A DNA stretch of 47,040 nt, counting the filler, from an uncultured Methanosarcinales archaeon (GTDB lineage: Archaea; Nanobdellota; Nanobdellia; Woesearchaeales; UBA12501), in NCBI GenBank assembly GCA_964397315.1. It is 10 parts of 10 records of this genome, joined end to end, with 100 filler letters (N's around TTAATTAATTAA, not from the genome) between each part and the next. Parts side by side here need not be neighbours in the genome. Positions count along the whole stretch, not along the records: positions 7,130 to 14,087 come from CAYNHV010000047.1; positions 14,188 to 19,520 come from CAYNHV010000051.1; 8 more parts are not named here. The stretch is one strand, 5' to 3'. The notes under the pieces were generated by a model, which was not told the DNA's origin, did not search any database, and was given only the letters and a program-made list of their open reading frames with translations. The position numbers were made by a program, and so were the translations under genes. Positions 8,542 to 17,381 of the stretch are shown piece after piece; position 1 is the stretch's first letter, and every line of letters begins with the position of its first letter.

Positions 8542-10443
8542 TTATAATTTTATCCTGTCTGGCTTCTCTCCCTGGATGTATATCCTGTGCCAGAGCTGGA
8601 AGTTCATGAGAGTCCAGAGCTGCCTTGCATAATACATCTTTGACCTTGCGAAATTGTCAAACATCTTCCTTATCTGGTGGTGGCTGAACAAGCCGTGCTT
8701 TTCTACCTCTTTCTCTGATAGTATGGATGTTATTGACTCTTTTATGTCCCCTTCAATCCACCTGTCTATGGGCACGAAAAAACCTTGTTTCTTCCTTTTT
8801 ATGACCTCGTGGGGCATGTAAGGCTTCATGGCTTTCTTGAGGATATACTTGCCGTCCCTTCCCCTGAGCTTGAGCTTCCAGGGTATCCTGAAGGACAGGT
8901 CAACAATGTTGTGGTCGCATATTGGAACACGGGACTCAACAGCAGATGCCATTGTTGTCTTGTCCACGTGATTGAATATATTGTCAACAAGAAAGTGGTT
9001 GCTCTCAAGGTACATGACCTGATCCATGTACTCATGGCCTGAGCCGAAATACCTCTTGCTGTACTCTTCAGCCAGGCTCACATCCTTTTTTCCCTTAAGG
9101 AGCATTTTCCTCTCTTTCTCGTCCATTATTGAGACTATTGCCAGGTAGAACTTTGCTTTGCTGCCGGATGAGCTTATGAAGTCAGAGAATTTCTCCACAC
9201 CCTTATCACCGAATGCAGTCAGGAACTTTGAGAACCTCTCAATAAGAAGATTAGGAGTTGCCCTGATTGCAAAAGGAAGAACACTCTTCTTAACAGCTTT
9301 AGGTATCATATTGAACTTTTTCCTGTGCTTGAGGAACTCAAAGTGCTGGTAGCCGCCGAATATCTCGTCTCCTCCCGCGCCGTTAAGCACCACGCTGACG
9401 TGCTTCTTGACAAGCCTTGAGAGCAGATAGCTGGGTATTATTGCAGGGTCTGCAATTGGCTCGTCCATGTGCCAGCATATTCTTGGAAGCTCCTTCACAG
9501 AAGGCTCGCAGTACAGCTCCTTGTGGTCTGTATTGTAAAATCCAGCCACTTTTCTCGCGTATTTTATGTCCTCTGTCCTCCTGTCAGAGCCGAAGTCTAC
9601 AGAGAAGCTCTTTATCGGATAATCCAGCTGTTTCATCATTGCTGCAATGGATGTGGAGTCAATGCCTCCTGAAAGGTAAACCCCCAGCGGGACGTCAGAT
9701 ATCATCCTTCTGTCAACAGACTCCATCATCTCCTTCTGAAGTTTCTTCACAAAGTATGATTCAGGCCTGTCCTGAGTTTCAATGCTTATGTCCCACCACT
9801 GCTTTCCTGAAAGCTTCCTTGTCCTCAGGTCAAACACAGCATAGTGGCCCTGGCTGAGCTTCATAACATCCCTGAGCATTGTGCTATTGTCAGTGTTGTA
9901 GCGGAAGGTGACAAGCTTGTTCAGGGCGTTCATGTCCACCTCTCTCCTTATGTCATGGCAAAGTATTGACTTGATCTCTGAAGCGAATATGAGACTGCCT
10001 TCCTTTTTGTGATAATAAAGCGGCTTTATTCCCAGCCTGTCCCTTGCCAGGAAGAGTATCTTCTTCTTTGAGTCATAGATGCAGAAAGCGAACATTCCGT
10101 TGAACTTTTTCAGGCAGTCAAACCCATACTCCTCATAAGCGTGGATTATGGTTTCAGTGTCTGTGTCTGAAGAGAATCTGTGGCCTTTTTCCTCAAGCTC
10201 ATCCCTCAGCTCCCTGAAGTTGTATATCTCTCCGTTGTAGGTTATCCACACAGTGCTGTCCTCATTTGACATGGGCTGCCTGCCCTTTTTGCTGAGGTCT
10301 ATTATTGAGAGCCTCCTGTGGGATAGAGAGACATTCCTGTCATTGAAAAGGCCTGAATCATCAGGGCCCCTGTGGCTCATGGCAGAGGCCATCTTAATTG
10401 CAAGGTTTCTGTCATCCCAGTTGAATCCAGCTATGCCGCACAT
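8542..10443 (-). CDS. asnB: Asparagine synthase (glutamine-hydrolysing) family amidotransferase
   Basis: N-terminal MCGIAG, HRGPD, HRRLSIIDL, YNGEIYNF, ARDRLGIKPLYY, LSGGIDS and GGDEIFGGY. Confidence 0.95.
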   Translation of the reverse strand: MCGIAGFNWDDRNLAIKMASAMSHRGPDDSGLFNDRNVSLSHRRLSIIDLSKKGRQPMSNEDSTVWITYNGEIYNFRELRDELEEKGHRFSSDTDTETIIHAYEEYGFDCLKKFNGMFAFCIYDSKKKILFLARDRLGIKPLYYHKKEGSLIFASEIKSILCHDIRREVDMNALNKLVTFRYNTDNSTMLRDVMKLSQGHYAVFDLRTRKLSGKQWWDISIETQDRPESYFVKKLQKEMMESVDRRMISDVPLGVYLSGGIDSTSIAAMMKQLDYPIKSFSVDFGSDRRTEDIKYARKVAGFYNTDHKELYCEPSVKELPRICWHMDEPIADPAIIPSYLLSRLVKKHVSVVLNGAGGDEIFGGYQHFEFLKHRKKFNMIPKAVKKSVLPFAIRATPNLLIERFSKFLTAFGDKGVEKFSDFISSSGSKAKFYLAIVSIMDEKERKMLLKGKKDVSLAEEYSKRYFGSGHEYMDQVMYLESNHFLVDNIFNHVDKTTMASAVESRVPICDHNIVDLSFRIPWKLKLRGRDGKYILKKAMKPYMPHEVIKRKKQGFFVPIDRWIEGDIKESITSILSEKEVEKHGLFSHHQIRKMFDNFARSKMYYARQLWTLMNFQLWHRIYIQGEKPDRIKL

Positions 10444-10495
10444 TGCACATAAGTCTGTGCCCCTTAATTTAAAAAGGTTTCTGGGAAGAAGAGAG

Positions 10496-11266
10496 CTAAT
10501 GCCATGCTTTTGCTTTTCTATACTCCCAGATAATGCTTTTTATCTTCCTTTTACCAAGGTTCCTGCAGAGATAATCCATATCCTTTAGTCTGAATGAATC
10601 ATTTCTCATCCCATGTTTCCAGCATATTGCTTCGTGCATCTCTTTTATCATGTGCATCAACTCATAGAACTCCTGCCAGCTTTTTATTTCGTGAAACCTT
10701 GACAGGTGTAAAATACTTAGTTTTCTTGAAATAGGAATATTTATGCCCTTGTTCTCAAGCTGCCTGTAATAGACTAGCTGGGCAGGTGTGTTTTCCAGTT
10801 CAGTCAGCTTCTTGAGGTCATCATCCACATGAGCCCTTATCCTGAGCTTTTGCACAAATACATCCTTTGGCTCGTCTCTAGTGTTATGGATATACTTGAT
10901 TATGCTGCTGAAGTTATGTTTTACAAACATTTTCGCATAGGGATAATCATGCTTATTTCTGGAAGTGATTATGGCAAACCGGAATCCCTCAGAATATAAT
11001 CTCCTTAGGATATTGACGCATTCCTCAGGTATTTCGTACTCAAGTATGTGTTCCTCATTAAGCTTGTCCATCAGATCCCTGTAGTTCACATTTTTTCCTA
11101 GCTGTTTCATAAGATTATTAAATCCAGATTTTTTAGTCTGAGAGTACTTAAGATTTACACCAAACCATTTCTTTGCGTATCTTATTTTTGCATTTATACC
11201 ATGAGCCAGAACTCCATCAAAATCAAGGCCAATGTTTATGTTTTTCGCAATATGCTCATTTCTCAC
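10496..11266 (-). CDS. HAD-superfamily 5'(3')-nucleotidase-like phosphatase
   Basis: Motif I IGLDFDGVL, motif II IITSR, motif III K (EPKD), motif IV HVDD. Confidence 0.75.
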   Translation of the reverse strand: MRNEHIAKNINIGLDFDGVLAHGINAKIRYAKKWFGVNLKYSQTKKSGFNNLMKQLGKNVNYRDLMDKLNEEHILEYEIPEECVNILRRLYSEGFRFAIITSRNKHDYPYAKMFVKHNFSSIIKYIHNTRDEPKDVFVQKLRIRAHVDDDLKKLTELENTPAQLVYYRQLENKGINIPISRKLSILHLSRFHEIKSWQEFYELMHMIKEMHEAICWKHGMRNDSFRLKDMDYLCRNLGKRKIKSIIWEYRKAKAWH

Positions 11267-11418
11267 TCTTCACAGCCTCACAGCTAATATTTATCATGCT
11301 CTCTTTATTGTTGCAATTATAAAGCTTGACAGCATTGTATCATCCAGTCTGCTTCAGTATAGCAGGGGATGCCAATCATTGAATCATCTTTTTCTTCAAC
11401 CATTTTTATCGCCTTTTT

Positions 11419-12342
11419 TTAGTTTAAATCATATGTCCAACAGGTTTTCATAAAATTTTCAAACCTTTCTGGCTCTAATTCTTTTGCCTTATTAAGATAT
11501 CCTTGATAATTATGTTTTCCCATAAAATATGCAAGCTGTGCAGCCGAGACAAGATTATCAAACCTTTCTTCTTTTTCAAGGGATTTTTTGAACAATTGCA
11601 TCGCTTTTCTTTCATTTTTGTTGAATAATCTCAATCCTTTGAGATAATAAGCTTCCCAATGTTCTGGCCACTTTTCTATTATCTTATCAATCAACTCAAG
11701 TGATGCCTTATTTTTTCCGATCTGGCCTAAAGCTCCTGCTTTTATCAGCATCGCATCTCTATTGTTCTCATCTATTTCAAGAATCTCATTACATATCTTG
11801 ATTGCTTTTTTGTCATTACAGCTTGCATTTCTATGAAATCTTGCCTCTTCCAGTAAAGCAGATATTTTTATTTCATTTTTAGAATATTCGGATTCTGCGC
11901 AGGAAATGCTTTTATTGTCATTCCTATTATTTTTTAGATGCTGCTTAAACATTTCATAGTGCTGCTTAATCCTTTTCATATAAATATCATCTTCAAGAAG
12001 TATTTCACTGAAAAGCTTTAATGCTTCTTTAGAATATTTAGTGTTTGTACCTTCTGTTTGAAGAACAGGCCCTTTAAGGTCTTTGGCATGTTCTTTATCC
12101 ATCCATCTCCGATAGTATTCTAATGATTCCCACCCAAAACCAATAGTTGCGACTATATCATTATTGTGGACAACATTTAGAAATACCCTTCTGCAATCAC
12201 AATCTGGATCATTGCAGTAGCTCTCGACAAAAAAATAGTCGCCTGCTGGAAGCTTGTATTTTGAACCTTCTGGCAGGAATATACATCTTGTCTCTTTTTT
12301 AGCAGTATCTTCAAATCTTAGATTAAACGGCTCCATCATCAT
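11419..12342 (-). CDS. Hypothetical protein with an N-terminal YCNDPDCDCRRV Cys-cluster domain and C-terminal TPR repeats
   Basis: Cys motif plus helical TPR-like repeats (AIKICNEILEIDENNRDAMLIKA; PEHWEAYYLKG). AT-rich region. Confidence 0.7.
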   Translation of the reverse strand: MMMEPFNLRFEDTAKKETRCIFLPEGSKYKLPAGDYFFVESYCNDPDCDCRRVFLNVVHNNDIVATIGFGWESLEYYRRWMDKEHAKDLKGPVLQTEGTNTKYSKEALKLFSEILLEDDIYMKRIKQHYEMFKQHLKNNRNDNKSISCAESEYSKNEIKISALLEEARFHRNASCNDKKAIKICNEILEIDENNRDAMLIKAGALGQIGKNKASLELIDKIIEKWPEHWEAYYLKGLRLFNKNERKAMQLFKKSLEKEERFDNLVSAAQLAYFMGKHNYQGYLNKAKELEPERFENFMKTCWTYDLN

Positions 12343-13850
12343 TTTTTATCACCTATATTTTTCATAGCCGTTTCCAACATATTTTTCATCTTCATCCTGA
12401 TCTCATCAGGCATATCAGCAAAATTATCCAATTCTTTAATTCCTGTCTCAATATAGTGCTTAGCCATTATTGGATTTTTGCTAAAATAAACCTGAGCCAT
12501 GAATACATAAATAGGAATAAAATCAGGATATTCCTGTGTAAACTCATTATAGAATTTATCAATTGTGCTATAATCGCCTTTCTCTTTAAGCCATATTAGA
12601 AAATCGTTTATTAGATTAGTAAAATAAGTTCCTTTTTCCATTAAAAAGATAAACTTTTGCTTATCATCCATAGAAAAAAATTCACTTTCTTCTCTACCTA
12701 ATGCTTTCTGTTCTTCGCTAATATCAATATCTTCATTTCTTAAAAGGATTGTATCTATAGCCTCTTTAAGCATACCGATCTTTTTTCCAAAAGCCTCTAT
12801 GTTTTTTTCATATTCTTTTGCTTCTTCTTCATCATACAGCTCATGGGAAAAAGCTATCCATTTGACATAAGCCTGCTCATCCTGCATCCATGTCCTGTTA
12901 TCAATCGCCCATAGAAGATAGTCTAAGATAATCTTTAGTTCATGGTGTGTTATAGGGTGTTCTTGAAGCACCTCACTTAATATTTCCATAATCTCAATCT
13001 CAAGCTCGTGCTTAAAAAAATTCAAGTCATTTAGGTAGTTTTCTTTTATTTTTTTCAGTATGTTTTTAATATCTTCATCTTTTAGATCATCATCTTCATA
13101 ATAAAAATATTCAGCTGTTGCATGCTCTATTTCACCAAGAAAGTCGCTGTATTCTTGTTCTTTTCCATAAAGGCTTTTTATATGCTTTACAGCTTCTGTG
13201 TCTTTTTTTAGAAGTTTTTGCAATGGCTTAAATTCAGAATCGCTGATATCAAAAATTGAGGATGGTGTTTCAACCAGAGCATACATTTTATAAATATTAA
13301 AATATTTTGAATGAGATATTAATTCATAAAAAGCCATGCAGTGAAATCTCTTAAATGCAGACATTATGCTTGACTTGATCTTTTCATCCTTTTCTTTTTC
13401 ATATAATTTAGTTAACTCAACATAAGAATCAACATTCAGCTTGTTTAGCTCATCGATCTCTTCTTTTGTATAAATCTGCTTTTTAGCTGCTCCTAGAATC
13501 CTTATTATACTAGTAAGGAAAATGGACCTGTAGCTTTCCATGACAGAATTTATGGTTCTTCTGACTGTGCCGTCTGTACTGGTGATGTTATTAAGCAATA
13601 TCTCTTTGTATCTTTTTAGATAATCTATAGGTATTCCAATATAAAGGGTAGCATTAAGCCCCCTTATTGTTATTTTTATATTTTCATCGTCTTTGCTTTC
13701 ATGATTGTCAAGTATTTCCTTAAAAAGCTCTTTTTTCTCATCTTCATTATCTCTGCTTTCCCACGAATTCTTCTTGATCTCTTTTACAGCTTCGTTTACC
13801 TTTTCCATTTCTCCAGAATACAAATCCTGTATCAGTTTTTGTTTGTTCAT
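12339..13850 (-). CDS. Acidic all-helical (HEAT/TPR-like) hypothetical protein
   Basis: 503-aa AT-rich ORF overlapping the next gene by ATGA, which suggests translational coupling. Confidence 0.7.
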   Translation of the reverse strand: MNKQKLIQDLYSGEMEKVNEAVKEIKKNSWESRDNEDEKKELFKEILDNHESKDDENIKITIRGLNATLYIGIPIDYLKRYKEILLNNITSTDGTVRRTINSVMESYRSIFLTSIIRILGAAKKQIYTKEEIDELNKLNVDSYVELTKLYEKEKDEKIKSSIMSAFKRFHCMAFYELISHSKYFNIYKMYALVETPSSIFDISDSEFKPLQKLLKKDTEAVKHIKSLYGKEQEYSDFLGEIEHATAEYFYYEDDDLKDEDIKNILKKIKENYLNDLNFFKHELEIEIMEILSEVLQEHPITHHELKIILDYLLWAIDNRTWMQDEQAYVKWIAFSHELYDEEEAKEYEKNIEAFGKKIGMLKEAIDTILLRNEDIDISEEQKALGREESEFFSMDDKQKFIFLMEKGTYFTNLINDFLIWLKEKGDYSTIDKFYNEFTQEYPDFIPIYVFMAQVYFSKNPIMAKHYIETGIKELDNFADMPDEIRMKMKNMLETAMKNIGDKK

Positions 13851-13856
13851 TGTACA

Positions 13857-14010
13857 TCACCAGTTGCAAAACCATACATTATAGTCATATATTAGCTGGA
13901 AATTATCATCTTCATTCTCAGGCTCAAAATCAACAAGAGGAACAACAACCTTCTTTCTTCTGACCTCCCTTCAACTAATATCCCTTAATGATCATCATAC
14001 TGGTCTGATA
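13857..14010 (-). pseudogene. Remnant of a CcbP-like (calcium-binding domain) gene
   Basis: Minus strand reads DQYDDH*GILVEGRS, a frameshift, then RKKVVVPLVDFEPENEDDNFQLIYDYNVWFCNW*, resembling the YGILV..RKK..PL.D.E...N.QLI.DY.VWF.N C-terminus. Contains one premature TAA and one frameshift. Confidence 0.5.
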
Positions 14011-14255
14011 GTCTATGGGCATTGACAATTATGCTTCTTCTGCAATTTTGATGAAGATTTAAAAACCTCAAATTGCCCCTAAGGGCANNNNNNNNNNNNN
14101 NNNNNNNNNNNNNNNNNNNNNNNNNNNNNNNTTAATTAATTAANNNNNNNNNNNNNNNNNNNNNNNNNNNNNNNNNNNNNNNNNNNNCTCTAAAGAAATG
14201 GGAAACTTATGGTTTTTTATATAGGGGGTTTCTGGGGAGCCACATGACCAAAAGA

Positions 14256-14264
14256 TTTATAAAA
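14256..14264 (+). promoter_or_regulatory. Archaeal TATA box upstream of the 5S rRNA
   Basis: AAAAGATTTATAAAA (BRE-like purines plus TTTATAAA) about 25 nt upstream of the 5S 5' end. Confidence 0.6.
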
Positions 14265-14285
14265 GGGCTGCTGTAATCTTGGTCC

Positions 14286-14398
14286 TGAACGGCCATAGTG
14301 GTGTGGTTTACCTGTACCCATTCCGAACACAGAAGTCAAGCACACCAACGTTCCCGATAGTACTGCACTTATGTGCGGGAAGTCGGGAAAGCTGTTCA
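14286..14398 (+). rRNA. rrf: 5S rRNA, stand-alone
   Basis: TGAACGGCCATAG...ACCTGTACCCATTCCGAACACAGAAGTCAAGC...AGTACTG...GGGAAGT...GCTGTTCA. Contains the conserved CCGAAC loop and a terminal helix TGAACGGC/GCTGTTCA. Confidence 0.95.
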
Positions 14399-14462
14399 CC
14401 TTCTTATGCCCTTAACAGAATAAACATATAACCAAAAGAGTGCAGAATCATTGAGTCCTGTT

Positions 14463-15587
14463 TCAGAGTTCCACCACAATCCTGCCCTCTTTCTCGTTTA
14501 TCTCCTTCACTGTCTTGTGGCCCTTGAGCTTTTCTTTTATCTCTTTCCATGTGTGTTTCTCCCTGGCTTTCCTCAGCTCTTCAACAATGCCCTTAAGCTG
14601 CATATAGTTCTCGTATATCATCTCGCCCTTTCTCTGGCTGTCCCCTGCATCCTTTTTCAGTTTTTTTATGCTCTTTTCCTGGGCTTCTATTGATTTTCTC
14701 AGCTTTTCCGCCCCTCTTCCCTCTTCCTTCTGTTTCTCAGCCTTGTCAATGCTTGATAGCAGGGAAGTAATCACGCTGTCAAGCGCCTTGTTGTATGATT
14801 CAGCACGCTTTTTTTCATAATCCTCATGTATTTTCAGCGGGAAGGGTGTTATGTCAATTACCTCGCTGTCTTTTACCATTATCACAGGATCCGCTTCGCG
14901 GCTGGTGAGGCTGTCCAGCGCTGCCTTCAGCCCTGCTATGTCATCAGCAGAGAGTGAGGCTGGGCTGGTGCTCTTGTCTATTCCGCTCAGCAGGCACATC
15001 TCCTCCGCGTAAGTTCCTCCTGCTCCAAGGTCAATGGCAAGCGCCTTGACTATGCTCTGTTCAGCAGTGTCCTTGAGCGCTTTCTCAAACTCTGCCCTGC
15101 CCATGCTGAAAATGTTATGGGGCTTGGTGGGGTGCGTGTATTTCTCTCCCGGCTTGACCTCCCTGTCCTGGAATTTTTGTTTCCTTAATGAGGAGAGTAT
15201 GACTCTGCTGCTGTCTGTGAGTATTATGTTGCCCGCCCCAAAAAGCTCCAGAAACATGTTAAAGGGTTCCTCTCGTGCCTGGAATGATATATCCACCACC
15301 CTCTCTGAGCCTGACTGGCTTATGCATGAAAGCATGGAGCCTGACAGTTTCTTCCTGAGGTATGCGCAGAATCCAAAAGGCTTTTTAGGGTTCTCGGGCT
15401 TGTGCTCAGTAAGGTAAAAAAGCCTGCCCACTATCCTCAAAAGACGCCTGCCCTCCCCTGTCTTGTGCAGCTGCAGGAGCAGCTCTTCTTTCTTTGGCTG
15501 GTATATCCTGTCAACTTTTGATCCCTCAAGTGTTTTCATCTCATTGATAAGGTAATGGAGCTCAATTGCAGAGAATTCCCTTTTCAT
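14463..15587 (-). CDS. rqcH: NFACT/Rqc2 (FbpA-like) ribosome quality-control protein, N-terminal part only
   Basis: LEGSKVDRIYQ, FCAYLRKKL, SERVV, LELFGAGNIILTD, G.GGTYAEE (HhH) and coiled coil with GEMIYENY. Ends at about 375 aa without the NFACT-R domain. Confidence 0.85.
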   Translation of the reverse strand: MKREFSAIELHYLINEMKTLEGSKVDRIYQPKKEELLLQLHKTGEGRRLLRIVGRLFYLTEHKPENPKKPFGFCAYLRKKLSGSMLSCISQSGSERVVDISFQAREEPFNMFLELFGAGNIILTDSSRVILSSLRKQKFQDREVKPGEKYTHPTKPHNIFSMGRAEFEKALKDTAEQSIVKALAIDLGAGGTYAEEMCLLSGIDKSTSPASLSADDIAGLKAALDSLTSREADPVIMVKDSEVIDITPFPLKIHEDYEKKRAESYNKALDSVITSLLSSIDKAEKQKEEGRGAEKLRKSIEAQEKSIKKLKKDAGDSQRKGEMIYENYMQLKGIVEELRKAREKHTWKEIKEKLKGHKTVKEINEKEGRIVVEL

Positions 15588-15976
15588 CCTATCATACCCT
15601 CGCTGCTGCACGCCTCTTTCAGGCCTGTAAAGCCGCAGACCTGCTGGCTCAGGCTTTCCCTGTCCACGAACCTGCTCGTGAGAGCCCTCTTATTGTACAC
15701 CAGCACGAACGAAGGCTCTGCTGCCTGGCTGTGTGCAACCGGCTCAAAGCCGAGGCCGGTCTTTTCAGCAACATCTTTCACAGCCTCTCTTGCCCTTGCG
15801 CATTTGTCATTACACTTTGGAGGCTCAAGAAATATGAACCTGTTCTCCTGGCTGGATGATGTGAAGCCGTTGGTGAATACTGAGATAAGGAGCAGTACTC
15901 CGAGAATTGCGGTCATTATCCTGAACCTGTCAAAGCTCTGGTGAGACTTGACATGCCTCTTCTTATTCTTGCTCAT
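15584..15976 (-). CDS. Membrane-anchored protein with a CxxxC motif (possible thioredoxin-like fold)
   Basis: N-terminal TM helix, PPKCNDKC, and a C-terminal Cys pair. Confidence 0.6.
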   Translation of the reverse strand: MSKNKKRHVKSHQSFDRFRIMTAILGVLLLISVFTNGFTSSSQENRFIFLEPPKCNDKCARAREAVKDVAEKTGLGFEPVAHSQAAEPSFVLVYNKRALTSRFVDRESLSQQVCGFTGLKEACSSEGMIG

Positions 15977-16044
15977 TTTGCAGGCTTTACCAGGGTTGGT
16001 GCTACTGCCAATGCATGAATGCTTGGCTGGAGCTCAGGCGTGTC

Positions 16045-17259
16045 TTATGCTTCTGCAAGAAGCTTGTCAATAACAGCCCTGAACTCCTTCTCCTCTGCCT
16101 CAAGGTTATCGGATCTCTCATACGCGTTTCCGATCCTGTAATACTTGCAGCCGAAAACAAAAGCTGGCACGCCTCCCTGAGGGCTGTGGCTCCAGAACAT
16201 CTCCATGTGGTCTTTGGGTATGCTGCTTTCCTTCTCCGGAGTGAGGGTGTTGTCCTTCCGGTCCATCTGCCAGTGGTATGCCGCGATCTTGCCCTCCTGA
16301 GAGTACTCAGATGCAACCTCGTCAAATGTGTCCTTAATCCATTGGCAGTGAGGGCATGTTTCTGTTGAGAAAAGCGCCACTACAGGCTTGCCCCCCTCAT
16401 AGCAGATGTCTGAGGATGAGGTTTTAAAGCTGCTTCCTGAACTGCCGCCTGTAGCAGAGCCTGTGACTCCGCTATTTCCTGTGTTGAGGTTTAAGGCATC
16501 CTGGCTGTTTCCGCTCTCATTATAATATATCTGTATGTCAGCGTTCTGGCTCAGGCTGCTCATGAGCTTCTCATTAGCCAGATAATCTCTCACCCTGCCC
16601 CTGACTTCATCAAGGCTTGCGTAAGTGCCATTGCCTGTGGCAAAGAGCTGCTTGTTTGACTCATAGAAATCCTCAATTTCCTCTTCTGTAATCTCTATCT
16701 CAGAGATGCTCTGATTAACCACCTTGTTCATTATGAGCTGGTCTCTTGTTATGCTTCTGAATTCCTCCAGCGTGATGTTGTTCTGCTCAAGCTGGCTCTT
16801 CAGCCCTTCCATGTCCAGTCCTGCTGCCTGCAGGGTGCTGTCTATGCTTGCCTGCACCTCAGCTTCTGTTGCTGTTATGCCCATATCATCCGCTTTCTGG
16901 AGCAGCAACTTCTGGGGTATCAGGGACTCTTCCAGAAACCTGCTCTTGGTGAGGCCTGATGCCTTGTAAATCTCAGGCACCCTATTATACATTGCATTGA
17001 GCTCTGTCTCTGTTATGCGCTCCCCATTGACCTCAGCAACAATATTTCCTCCTTTTTTGTCTGAAGGCGCTATATCATCATAGAATACCAGCAGAAGCAC
17101 AAGCGCTGCAAGGATTATCACAGCCACTGCAACTCTTGCGTTGCTTATCTTTTCCCTGCTCTTCTTATGGCTTCTGCCCTCTTTGGACTTGCTTCCTGAT
17201 TTCTTTGCTGATTTTCCTGAGCCTGACTTTGATTTGGATTTTTTTGATTTTGCTGCCAA
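16045..17259 (-). CDS. Membrane-anchored SurA/PrsA N-terminal chaperone domain fused to a thioredoxin-like CPHC domain
   Basis: Lys-rich N-terminus, TM helix, VAEVNGERITETEL...LLLQKADDMGITATEAEV (SurA_N), FSTETCPHCQW and GVPAFVFGCKYYRIG. Confidence 0.8.
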   Translation of the reverse strand: MAAKSKKSKSKSGSGKSAKKSGSKSKEGRSHKKSREKISNARVAVAVIILAALVLLLVFYDDIAPSDKKGGNIVAEVNGERITETELNAMYNRVPEIYKASGLTKSRFLEESLIPQKLLLQKADDMGITATEAEVQASIDSTLQAAGLDMEGLKSQLEQNNITLEEFRSITRDQLIMNKVVNQSISEIEITEEEIEDFYESNKQLFATGNGTYASLDEVRGRVRDYLANEKLMSSLSQNADIQIYYNESGNSQDALNLNTGNSGVTGSATGGSSGSSFKTSSSDICYEGGKPVVALFSTETCPHCQWIKDTFDEVASEYSQEGKIAAYHWQMDRKDNTLTPEKESSIPKDHMEMFWSHSPQGGVPAFVFGCKYYRIGNAYERSDNLEAEEKEFRAVIDKLLAEA

Positions 17260-17381
17260 GTATAGAGCACCTCCTCAGCCAAAGCCAGAGGACCCCATTA
17301 ATAAAGTTTTTGGTAAACCGGGCTTTTGTCCCTGTGAAGTTCCAATAAATATTTATATTAAAGGAAGCACGAGAGTTCTGT

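Noticed and set aside
14217..14399. 60-aa minus-strand ORF
   Set aside because: It is antisense to the 5S rRNA gene.
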